Shown in pieces: positions 16,277 through 24,222 of a DNA stretch of 64,000 bases. How positions within the stretch are numbered: the stretch's first letter is position 1; the number at the start of each line of letters is the position of its first letter. Source of the stretch: an uncultured Anaerolineaceae bacterium (GTDB lineage Bacteria > Chloroflexota > Anaerolineae > Anaerolineales > UBA11579); contig CAZNFL010000005.1 in the NCBI GenBank assembly GCA_964572455.1, positions 219-64,218 on the forward strand, written 5' to 3'. Made by a program: the position numbers and the translations under genes. The notes beneath the pieces were generated by a model, which was given only the letters and a program-made list of their open reading frames with translations, searched no databases and was not told the DNA's origin.

Positions 16277-17565
16277 GGATCGCCATCATCGGCGCAGGTT
16301 TCGGCGGCATGGCCGCCGCCTACGATCTGAGCAAGGCCGGCCACCAGGTCACTATCTACGAAGCCGCCGCCCAGGTGGGCGGGCTGGCCGCTGGCTTCAA
16401 GCAGCCCAATTGGGACTGGTGGGTGGAGAAGTTCTATCACCACTGGTTCGCCTCCGATAAGCACATGCTTGGCCTTATCGCCGAGCTGGGCTGGAGCGAC
16501 CAGGTGCTCTTCCCGCGGCCCTATACCGTAATGTTCCACGAGGGCCGTTTCTACCCCTTCGACTCGATTCCCGCCGCTATTATGTTCCCCGGCCTGGGCT
16601 GGGGGCTGGACAAGATCCGCTTCGGCCTGGTGGGGCTCTACCTGCGCCTCACCAATAATTGGCGCCCGCTGGAGAAAACCACAGTGGACGCCTGGATGCG
16701 GCGCTGGGCCGGCGACCGGGTCTACGAGCGCATGTGGCTCCCACTGGTGGAGGGCAAGTTCGGTCCTTACGCGCGCGAGGTGAATATGGCCTGGCTGTGG
16801 GCCCGCCTGCACGCCCGCACCACGCGGCTGGGCACCTTTGCCGGCGGCTTCCAGGCTTTCGCCGATAAATTTGCCGCGCGGCTCAAAGAAATGGGCGTCG
16901 AATTTCTCATGCAAGCCCAAGTGCAGAGCATCATCCCCGAAGCGGGGAAGCTGAAGCTCACCGCCGGACCGGAGGGCGTGATCTTCGATCAGGCGCTGGT
17001 GACTACGTCACCCAGCCTGCTGGCCAAGCTGGCGCCCCGCCTCCCCGAAGACTATTTGCGCGGCCTGCTGGCGCTGAAAAGCATGGGCGCCGTGGTGATG
17101 ACCCTGGTGCTCGACCGCCAGCTTTCGGAGCAGGGCTACTATTGGTTCAATATCCCCAAGAGCGCCGGCTTCCCCTTCCTGGCGCTGGTGGAGCACACTA
17201 ACTTCCTCTCGCCCGAGCATTTTGGCGGCGACTACATCATTTATTGCGGCGATTACTTGGAAGCCGGCCACGAATATTTCTCGCTCTCCGACGAGGAGCT
17301 GCTCAAGCGCTTCGTCCCCGGCATCCAGCGCGTCAACCCGCACTTCCAGCCCGGCTGGGTGAAGCAGGTCTGGGTGCACAAGACCAACTACGCGCAGCCG
17401 GTGCCGCTGGTGAACCATTCGCAGAATATCCCCGACATCCGCACGCCCATCCCCGGCCTGTTCTTCGCCAGCATGTCCCAGGTCTACCCCTGGGACCGCG
17501 GCACGAACTTCGCCGTCGAGATCGGCCGCAAAGCGGCGGGCATGATGCTGGGAGATGGAAAATAG
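16273..17565 (+). CDS. NAD(P)/FAD-dependent oxidoreductase (amine oxidase / phytoene desaturase-like)
   Basis: The internal ATG 16273 overlaps the upstream stop (ATGA). Dinucleotide-binding motif IIGAGFGGMAAA. Confidence 0.75.
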   Translation: MRIAIIGAGFGGMAAAYDLSKAGHQVTIYEAAAQVGGLAAGFKQPNWDWWVEKFYHHWFASDKHMLGLIAELGWSDQVLFPRPYTVMFHEGRFYPFDSIPAAIMFPGLGWGLDKIRFGLVGLYLRLTNNWRPLEKTTVDAWMRRWAGDRVYERMWLPLVEGKFGPYAREVNMAWLWARLHARTTRLGTFAGGFQAFADKFAARLKEMGVEFLMQAQVQSIIPEAGKLKLTAGPEGVIFDQALVTTSPSLLAKLAPRLPEDYLRGLLALKSMGAVVMTLVLDRQLSEQGYYWFNIPKSAGFPFLALVEHTNFLSPEHFGGDYIIYCGDYLEAGHEYFSLSDEELLKRFVPGIQRVNPHFQPGWVKQVWVHKTNYAQPVPLVNHSQNIPDIRTPIPGLFFASMSQVYPWDRGTNFAVEIGRKAAGMMLGDGK

Positions 17566-17581
17566 CCGCCTCTGCTCGCGT

Positions 17582-17605
17582 GTCATCCTGAGCGAAGCGA
17601 AGGAG
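17582..17605 (+). repeat. family 1 module (GTCATCCTGAGCGAAGCGAAGGAG)
   Basis: Read directly. Ends 50 nt upstream of the GIY-YIG gene start. Confidence 0.75.
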
Positions 17606-17654
17606 TATCAGTACCCAAGACGAAATGATTTGCTCTTTTGTTTAATCCCACCCA

Positions 17655-17948
17655 ATGAAATCCAAAACTTATTACGTCTATATTTTGAGCGGCCCTGGTG
17701 CGATTCTCTACACGGGTGTCACCAGCGATCTCGAACGCCGCATTCTTGAACACAAACGAAAACTGATCAAGGGCTTTTCCAGTAAGTTCAACATGAATCG
17801 CTTGGTTTATTACGAAGCCTTCAACCATCCTGCAGATGCCATTGCCGCCGAAAAGAGAATAAAGGGGTGGCTTAGGAAGAAAAAACTGGATTTGATCCGA
17901 ACTATCAATCCGGAGTTCAAAAACCTTAGCGAGGATTGGGAATCGTAA
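17655..17948 (+). CDS. GIY-YIG nuclease family protein (small UPF0213 type)
   Basis: 97 aa: YYVYIL...LYTGVTSDLERRILEHK...RLVYYE...AIAAEKRIKGW. Confidence 0.85.
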   Translation: MKSKTYYVYILSGPGAILYTGVTSDLERRILEHKRKLIKGFSSKFNMNRLVYYEAFNHPADAIAAEKRIKGWLRKKKLDLIRTINPEFKNLSEDWES

Positions 17949-17974
17949 CCAATAGAGATTCGGATAGCTCTTCG

Positions 17975-18997
17975 CTAACCCCCCAAGAGTGACCCGAGGA
18001 AGCGCTGCACCAAATAGACGATCACTGGGAATAACAGAGGGATCAACAAGTTGCGCACAGTTTCTGGTTCCCAGGGCCAGGTGGAGATCTTGCGCACAAT
18101 ATCCAAACTTTCTTTGTGTGCGGAAATCGTGTTGCGGATCTCGGCCATCTCCGCATAAGACCCGCGGCGCGTGGTTCGTACCAGGCGAGCTGTTTCTTTA
18201 TTCAGGCCCTCACCCAGCTCAGAAAGCAGGCGACCTTTTTCGTTGCCCATGCGGCGGTGAATCCCGCCGATGGACACAAAGAAAAAGGCCAGCGTCGTGC
18301 TAACCAGCAAGATCGAAGTAATGTAACCGTTGGTGGTCATCAAGAATTGCGGCAGGGAAACCAAAATTAATATGTAGGCCAACAATACAAAAACCACGCT
18401 GCTCTGGGAGGAATAGCGGCTGAGGGCATAGAGCGCGGCCGGGTTAAATATATTCACCTCGACCTCGCGATAAAAGCGGCGCAATAGGAGCGCCTGGCGT
18501 AGTGCGCGGGTGAAATACAGGCCAACCCAGCCGCCAACTAGCAGGAAGCTAAGCAGTTCGTAGACTGGAGACACCCGGCCAACCAGGGGCGACAAGCTCA
18601 GCGCAAGTTGGTAATTAAAGTAGCCGAACAGGAACCCCACCAGCACGGCGGGAGCGGCCAGCCATTCAGGCAGGGAGATAAAGTCGGCCAGGGCACTTTC
18701 AAGCTTTGCTAAGCCTTTATTGCTGTGCTTGAACAAGCCGGTCAAAATAAGGCGGACTTGGTCGTCCAGAACGAACCAGACAGCAAATAGCAAAATGGGA
18801 TAGGCGCCTCCCGTGATCAAATAGGGCTCTATGACTCCGAAAGGTAAAACGCCAAGCCGCCAGGCTTCCAGGTGCAAGCCGAGGGCGAAGATCACCGAGA
18901 TCAAAAAGCCCAGCAGCCAGGCCGGGACTGGCAGGCGGTGGATAAAGGCGTGTAAGGCGTAAAGCCAACGCGGGGAAGGTTTCGGGGTTGTCGGCAT
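17975..18997 (-). CDS. polytopic membrane protein, unknown family (paralog 1)
   Basis: Start taken at MPTTPKPSPRWLY, by analogy with the paralog. Multi-TM, with the conserved C-terminus TWPWEPETVRNLLIPLLFPVIVYL. Confidence 0.6.
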   Translation of the reverse strand: MPTTPKPSPRWLYALHAFIHRLPVPAWLLGFLISVIFALGLHLEAWRLGVLPFGVIEPYLITGGAYPILLFAVWFVLDDQVRLILTGLFKHSNKGLAKLESALADFISLPEWLAAPAVLVGFLFGYFNYQLALSLSPLVGRVSPVYELLSFLLVGGWVGLYFTRALRQALLLRRFYREVEVNIFNPAALYALSRYSSQSSVVFVLLAYILILVSLPQFLMTTNGYITSILLVSTTLAFFFVSIGGIHRRMGNEKGRLLSELGEGLNKETARLVRTTRRGSYAEMAEIRNTISAHKESLDIVRKISTWPWEPETVRNLLIPLLFPVIVYLVQRFLGSLLGG

Positions 18998-19022
18998 GGA
19001 GGGCAATGAATAACGCGGAGCG

Positions 19023-20045
19023 CTAACCCCCGAATAGCGCTCCAAGATATCGCTGAATTAAATAGACGATCACCGGAAATAGCAAGGGGATCAACAAATT
19101 ACGCAAGGTTTCAGGTTCCCAGGGCCAGGTGGGGACCTTCTTCACAATCTCCCAACCATCCTTAAGCGTGGAGATCGTATTGCGCATTTTGTCCAAGCGC
19201 GAATAGTCCTCACGGCGCACAGCTTTGTGGACGCGTGCGTACACATCCTCCAAATCCTGGCCGAGCTCGGACAGTAGGCGCGCTTTCTCGTCGCGCATAC
19301 GACCGTTAATGCCGCCCAGGGATACAAAGAACAGGGTGAACATCGAGCCAATAAGCATGATCGAAGTAATGTAACCGTTGGTGGTCATCAAGAACATCGG
19401 CAGGGAAACCAGAATTACTGTGTAGGTCAACAATACAAAAGCCACGCCGGTCTGGGAGGAATAGCGGCTGAGGGCATAGAGCGGGGCCGGGTTAAATATA
19501 TTCACCTCGACCTCTGCATAATAGCGGCGCAATAGGAGCGCCTGGCGCAATGCGCGTAAGAACATCAGGCCAACCCAGCCGCCAACCAGTATGAAGCCGA
19601 GCATCTCGTAGGCTGGAAACACCTGGCCGGCCAGCGGGGACAAGCTCAACGCAATTTGGAAATTAAAGTAGCCGAAAGGAATCCCCACCAGCAAGGCCGA
19701 CGCGGCCAACCAGTTAGGCAGGGAGATAAAGTCAGTCAGCACACCTTCGAGCTTTGCTAGGCCTTTATTGCTTTCCTTGAAGAAGGCGGTCAAAGCGAGG
19801 CGGGCGCGGTTGTCCAAGAAGATCCAGGCAGCAAGAAGGAATATGGGGTAATTGCCTACAGTGATTAAATAGCCGTCTATAAATCCGGAGGGTAAAACGC
19901 CGCGCCGCCATGCCTCCAGGTGCATGCCGATGGAGCTGATTAGAATGACCAGGAAGCCCACCAGCCAGGCCGGGAAAGGCAGTCGGTCGATAAAGGCGAA
20001 GAAACCGTAAAGCCAACGCGGGGAGGGTTTCGGGGTTGTGGGCAT
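19023..20045 (-). CDS. polytopic membrane protein, unknown family (paralog 2)
   Basis: Collinear with paralog 1 along the full length, with the same N- and C-terminal motifs. 25-bp spacer between the two. Confidence 0.6.
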   Translation of the reverse strand: MPTTPKPSPRWLYGFFAFIDRLPFPAWLVGFLVILISSIGMHLEAWRRGVLPSGFIDGYLITVGNYPIFLLAAWIFLDNRARLALTAFFKESNKGLAKLEGVLTDFISLPNWLAASALLVGIPFGYFNFQIALSLSPLAGQVFPAYEMLGFILVGGWVGLMFLRALRQALLLRRYYAEVEVNIFNPAPLYALSRYSSQTGVAFVLLTYTVILVSLPMFLMTTNGYITSIMLIGSMFTLFFVSLGGINGRMRDEKARLLSELGQDLEDVYARVHKAVRREDYSRLDKMRNTISTLKDGWEIVKKVPTWPWEPETLRNLLIPLLFPVIVYLIQRYLGALFGG

Positions 20046-20125
20046 GAGGACCGTGGCGGACGCGCTCATTATAAAGGCAGCCCTCCCAACGAGCTTATAC
20101 TTAGCCGCGAATAAGGAGGAATCCG

Positions 20126-20905
20126 ATGCCTCGCGTACTGATCACCGGCGGCAGCGGCGAGCTTGGCCGCCAGCTGGTCCCGCGCTTACTCGCCACAGGC
20201 CACACCGTGCGCACCCTCAGCCGCCGCGCCCGCCCAGCGGGCGCTGATCCCGCCGTCGAATGGGCCCAGGCCTCGCTGGCCAGCGGCGAAGGCTTGGCCG
20301 CCGCGCTCAAAGATGTAGACAGCATCGTGCACGCCGCCAGCACGCCAGCCGGCGCCAAGAAAATAGACACCGGCGGGGCGGCGCGCTTGCTGGCGCTGAT
20401 CCAGGGCACGCAAACCCATTTCTTTTACATCTCGATAGTTGGCGTGGACCGCCACCCTTTCTTCTATTACAAGGCCAAGTACGCCACCGAAAAGCTGGTC
20501 GAACAGAGCACCGCCCCCTGGACCATACTGCGCGCCACCCAATTCCACGCTTTCCTCGGCCGCCTGATCTTGCCGAGCTTCTACCGCCTGCCGCTGTTCC
20601 TGGTGCCGACCGACCTCGTTTTCCAACCGATCGATGAGGGCGAAGTAGCCGAGCACATGGTGCAGCTTCTGCAGCAGGGCCCCCGCGGGCGGGCGGCGGA
20701 TATCGGCGGCCCGCACATCCTGACCCTGGGCGAGCTGGCCCGCACCTGGTTGCTGGCCCAAAAGAGAACCCGGCGCATAGTTCACATTGCCATCCCCGGG
20801 GCGCAAGCCGCAGCCTTCCGCCAGGGCTTGCACACCGCGCCCGACCACAAATTCGGCCACCTCACCTGGCAGCAATGGCTGGATAAGGAATATTCTTCAA
20901 AGTAA
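20126..20905 (+). CDS. NAD(P)H-binding SDR/NmrA-like oxidoreductase
   Basis: N-terminal VLITGGSGELG Rossmann motif. AAGGAGG RBS. Confidence 0.75.
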   Translation: MPRVLITGGSGELGRQLVPRLLATGHTVRTLSRRARPAGADPAVEWAQASLASGEGLAAALKDVDSIVHAASTPAGAKKIDTGGAARLLALIQGTQTHFFYISIVGVDRHPFFYYKAKYATEKLVEQSTAPWTILRATQFHAFLGRLILPSFYRLPLFLVPTDLVFQPIDEGEVAEHMVQLLQQGPRGRAADIGGPHILTLGELARTWLLAQKRTRRIVHIAIPGAQAAAFRQGLHTAPDHKFGHLTWQQWLDKEYSSK

Positions 20906-20913
20906 AGGAGCCT

Positions 20914-21366
20914 ATGGCCACCAAACGAACCCCCAGCGGCGGCAAACGCCGCCGGCACCTCACTGCTGCTCAAGCCAAGTTCGTCACCTTTGTGTTCAGC
21001 CTTACCGGCTTGTCTTACATCGCCGCCGGGGCGGCGCTGATCCTCATCCCGGCCTGGTTCCTGGAGAACGTGGGCCGCTTCGAGCCATTCAACCGCCATT
21101 ACATGGGCGACGCCGGCGCCTTTGTGCTGGCCGTCGGCCTGGGCGTCTGGCTGATGCGCAAGGACCCCTGGGCGCACAAGAGCATGCTGCTGGCCGGCCT
21201 GGCTGCCACGCAGTTGCATGCCCTCAACCATCTCTATGACGCCGTGTTCATGCACGCCGGGGTAGAGCTCTGGCTGCGGGATGCGCTGCCCAATACCTTG
21301 ATCGCAATTCTTTATCTGATCGCATTTTTGCTTGTATGGCGGGGTGGTGCAAAAATTGCTAGCTGA
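20914..21366 (+). CDS. small membrane protein, unknown function
   Basis: 150 aa with about 4 hydrophobic segments. No family recognised. Confidence 0.5.
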   Translation: MATKRTPSGGKRRRHLTAAQAKFVTFVFSLTGLSYIAAGAALILIPAWFLENVGRFEPFNRHYMGDAGAFVLAVGLGVWLMRKDPWAHKSMLLAGLAATQLHALNHLYDAVFMHAGVELWLRDALPNTLIAILYLIAFLLVWRGGAKIAS

Positions 21367-21401
21367 TAGAATGACACAAAGGGCTGAATCAAAGAAATGA
21401 T

Positions 21402-22091
21402 ATGGATGCTCAACAAGAACGAAACCGAGACATCACAAAGTTAGCTGAATTTATCGTCAGAGAAATTCCGTTGGTTCACTCTATGACTTCAAATGAATTC
21501 GGCTATGAAAACCCTGTGTTGATTTGCATGGATGCCGTTTTGTCGATAAATCGCAAATATGCTGCATTCGTCACACCTAGAATAGACAATTTCAAAAGAG
21601 AATACCCGGACATTGATACCCTTGAGGCTTTGACCAAGCTAATCAAGCAAAAGGGCTACGAGGGTTTTTGCGCGGTCTGGAATTACCGGCATATAGAACG
21701 GGTTGGCCTGCTGCATCGCCTGTCCACGAAATTTCTCGAGTATAAATATCAAAGCAATCGCACTAATGATTTGGCTGCCATGAAAGATTGGGCGTCAAGT
21801 GTTGATGTAATGGATTATTTAAATTTCAATGTCAAAGGAATCGGTCTGAAGACCTTTCAGTATCTCAGAATGCTGTTAGGCGTGCCAACAGTTAAACCAG
21901 ACCGACACATTTCCCGAGCCGTGGCCTTAGCGTTGGGGAGAAGCTCCAGTGAGATTGAATCCATCAGTTTGCTGGTTAGTGCTTCAAAGCAACTTGGCCT
22001 CGATGTAACTAATGTCGATCATAATATTTGGAAATTCTTTTCCGAAAAAAAGACCTTAAAAAACAATCACCAACTTGACACACCCGAATAA
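21402..22091 (+). CDS. HhH-GPD superfamily DNA glycosylase-like protein
   Basis: 229 aa. The helix-hairpin-helix plus Gly/Pro...Asp loop VKGIGLK150TFQYLRMLLGVPTVKPD167RHISR (nt 21849-21902) parallels the EndoIII LPGVGRKTA...VDTHxxR motif. AT-richer codon usage than the flanks. Confidence 0.55.
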   Translation: MDAQQERNRDITKLAEFIVREIPLVHSMTSNEFGYENPVLICMDAVLSINRKYAAFVTPRIDNFKREYPDIDTLEALTKLIKQKGYEGFCAVWNYRHIERVGLLHRLSTKFLEYKYQSNRTNDLAAMKDWASSVDVMDYLNFNVKGIGLKTFQYLRMLLGVPTVKPDRHISRAVALALGRSSSEIESISLLVSASKQLGLDVTNVDHNIWKFFSEKKTLKNNHQLDTPE

Positions 22092-22126
22092 GGATGGAGC
22101 TTTCTTTTCTATGACATCCGAGGGAA

Positions 22127-22354
22127 CTAACGGCGAAGCAAGACAGTTAGGATATAGAAATCCGCGAACTGGACAATGCTATGTGATACCGCTTCCCAGT
22201 CATCCCCGCACATCGACTTTATCTGTGAGGCGCGCGGCTCTACGATTTCTGTTAATGCTCTGATCTTGGCTAACTCGTCCGAGTTCTTGAATTGCTGTGG
22301 GTTGGGAAAAGCAATGAAATCCGTGTAAAACTTGTACTCGTACTTTGCGCTCAT
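22127..22354 (-). CDS. hypothetical small protein
   Basis: 75-aa ORF with GGAGG 6 nt upstream of the ATG. No family recognised. Confidence 0.45.
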   Translation of the reverse strand: MSAKYEYKFYTDFIAFPNPQQFKNSDELAKIRALTEIVEPRASQIKSMCGDDWEAVSHSIVQFADFYILTVLLRR

Positions 22355-22389
22355 CTCGTGCCTCCGCTGGGCGCGAGATTCTACTACTA

Positions 22390-22418
22390 AAAAGACCAGC
22401 TAATTAGCTGGTCTTTTT
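22390..22418. terminator. bidirectional intrinsic terminator
   Basis: AAAAGACCAGCTAATTAGCTGGTCTTTTT: an 11-bp (or longer) stem flanked by A-run and T-run on both strands. Confidence 0.75.
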
Positions 22419-22562
22419 GTTTGCCTGATACTCTTTTTCGGCTCTCTCTAGGTCTTTGGGGGTGGTTTTTAGCAAGCCGCGCAACGCCTCTTTAAACGAG
22501 AGGGGTATCTTTACGGGCTTTTCATGGGGCGGCTTCTTCTGGTCTTTTTTAGTCTTAGGCAT
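22404..22562 (-). CDS. possible 52-aa lysine-rich ORF
   Basis: ATG 22562 to TAA 22404-22406 (MPKTKKDQKKPPHEKPVKIPLSFKEALRGLLK...). The stop lies inside the terminator hairpin. No SD, and only 30 bp from the divergent DUF3800 start. Confidence 0.25.
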   Translation of the reverse strand: MPKTKKDQKKPPHEKPVKIPLSFKEALRGLLKTTPKDLERAEKEYQANKKTS

Positions 22563-22592
22563 TAGAGTCCTATGTAACAGAGGGCTATAAAA

Positions 22593-23456
22593 TTGAATCC
22601 TATTGCTGACGTTACCAACTACTTCATAGACGAGTCTGGACAGGCAGAGCTATTTGCACACAGGGGACATCCATTAGTCATAGGCGAGAGCAACCAATCA
22701 AGGTTTTTCTATATCGGCTGTCTTTTTGATGAAAACCCTCAAGAATTAAACAGGGACTTGGTAAGGTTGAGAAGAAAACTAATTATCGACAGTTATTTCA
22801 GATATTACGCAATGATGAAGCCAAGCAACAAGAAGACGTTTTGCGCCTTACATGCGAATGACGACTCGCACGAAGTCCGATGGTCTGTCTATTCGTATCT
22901 GAGAAAAAGAAAAAACATGAGATTCTTCGCTGTCGTAAGAGATAAGAAAATTGTTTTGGCCGAGCAGTTAGCTGCTAGAGCCGCCGATCCGCACCACGTC
23001 TATAGCCCAGATAAACTCTATGCCAATATGCTAACTAGGCTTATGAAACCCCTCGCAACCTCTAGCCCGCTATACACTCTTCATGTGGCAAGGAGGACAG
23101 ACAAAAAGCGTGATGCCCTACTTATCGAATCCCTTTTAGCGGCAGTTAAAAAGGCACAATTTAATTTTCAAGTTTCTTATGGGAGGAATGTGGTATCGGA
23201 TGTTAACATCCTGCCCAAATACCCGTCCCAACATGCTGGCTTACAGGCTGCCGATTATTTTCTTTGGGCACTACAGAGAGCTTATGAAAAACAGGAAACA
23301 GGCTCTCTGGAATACATATACCACCATTTTAGGCTTGTGATGGACGTAGATGACACAAGAAGAGGCGGACAGGGCTTTTACTATAACGGAAACAAAGGTC
23401 GCTCCATTTCTGGAGCGACGATTGTCGAGCGTTTAAGTTTTCCCGCTAGTGGCTAG
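22593..23456 (+). CDS. DUF3800 domain protein
   Basis: N-terminal YFIDESGQ and C-terminal GLQAADYFLWAL motifs characteristic of DUF3800. TTG start. Confidence 0.7.
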   Translation: MNPIADVTNYFIDESGQAELFAHRGHPLVIGESNQSRFFYIGCLFDENPQELNRDLVRLRRKLIIDSYFRYYAMMKPSNKKTFCALHANDDSHEVRWSVYSYLRKRKNMRFFAVVRDKKIVLAEQLAARAADPHHVYSPDKLYANMLTRLMKPLATSSPLYTLHVARRTDKKRDALLIESLLAAVKKAQFNFQVSYGRNVVSDVNILPKYPSQHAGLQAADYFLWALQRAYEKQETGSLEYIYHHFRLVMDVDDTRRGGQGFYYNGNKGRSISGATIVERLSFPASG

Positions 23457-23624
23457 GGCAAGTTGCCTTGCCTCACAGCACGTGGCTGGCACTCACCACT
23501 AGCAACCAAAGTATACGCCAATTAGCTTATTTGTCAAGGTTTTTAATAGAATCCTCATACATATTAAGCCCGCTTGACAATCTCTCTGTATATCAGCCGC
23601 TTGCCCGCGACCTTGCTAATCGCC

Positions 23625-23900
23625 TTAGCCATCCGCTCTGGGATTTGGATTTACAATCTCAATTCTCTTTTCATAATGCAACGGCAATTCTAATGTTTCC
23701 AAAACACGTTTTGTTGCGCCAGATGAGGCATAGACGCACCGAACCGCAGCTCCTTCGGCGAATTCTAAACCCCCAGCCCTTCCTTGTTGACTCAATTGGT
23801 CAATGAGGGCTACTAAATCTGCCGTACTAGGTCGATTGCTAATATTCACAAGATATAGTGTGGGCGGGCCATATAAGGGGTACCTATTTTCCACCTGCAC
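23625..23900 (-). CDS. hypothetical protein (GTG start), possibly a gene fragment
   Basis: 91-aa ORF with no internal Met and a weak RBS. Lies 20 nt downstream of, and out of frame with, the 56-aa ORF at 23920-24090. Confidence 0.3.
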   Translation of the reverse strand: MQVENRYPLYGPPTLYLVNISNRPSTADLVALIDQLSQQGRAGGLEFAEGAAVRCVYASSGATKRVLETLELPLHYEKRIEIVNPNPRADG

Positions 23901-23919
23901 AAGGGCTTCATTACCTTCT

Positions 23920-24090
23920 TCAGCCTACAAGAGGGCATTTTACTAACTCGATTTTTGTGAAAGTTTCGAGTCGCCCATTAATTTCGGTTCCTTGGTTGAG
24001 GTGAAAACGCTCCCTGATCTGCGCCTCAGGAACTTTGCTGACTAAAATATTTATGAGATCGTGCTTGGGAATGTGAGTACTTCTTGGCAT
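23920..24090 (-). CDS. hypothetical 56-aa ORF
   Basis: ATG 24090 to TGA 23920-23922 (MPRSTHIPKHDLINILVSKVPEAQIRERFHLNQG...), translated by hand. No family recognised. Confidence 0.25.
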   Translation of the reverse strand: MPRSTHIPKHDLINILVSKVPEAQIRERFHLNQGTEINGRLETFTKIELVKCPLVG

Positions 24091-24222
24091 TATTTCCCCT
24101 GACTTTGGAAGTATACATTAAAGTTACTTGACACCAATCCCTATTTCCCCTTAACCCCCGCCTTTGATGCTATGTAGGGGCAGTTTCTAACTGTCCGGTT
24201 TTCTATACAAGGGGGTTTTCAC

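Noticed and set aside
23468-23806. A 112-aa plus-strand ORF in the island, and a 62-aa ORF at 22075-22263.
   Set aside because: Neither has an RBS, both have odd composition, and both overlap better-supported opposite-strand ORFs or UTRs. Neither resembles a known family.
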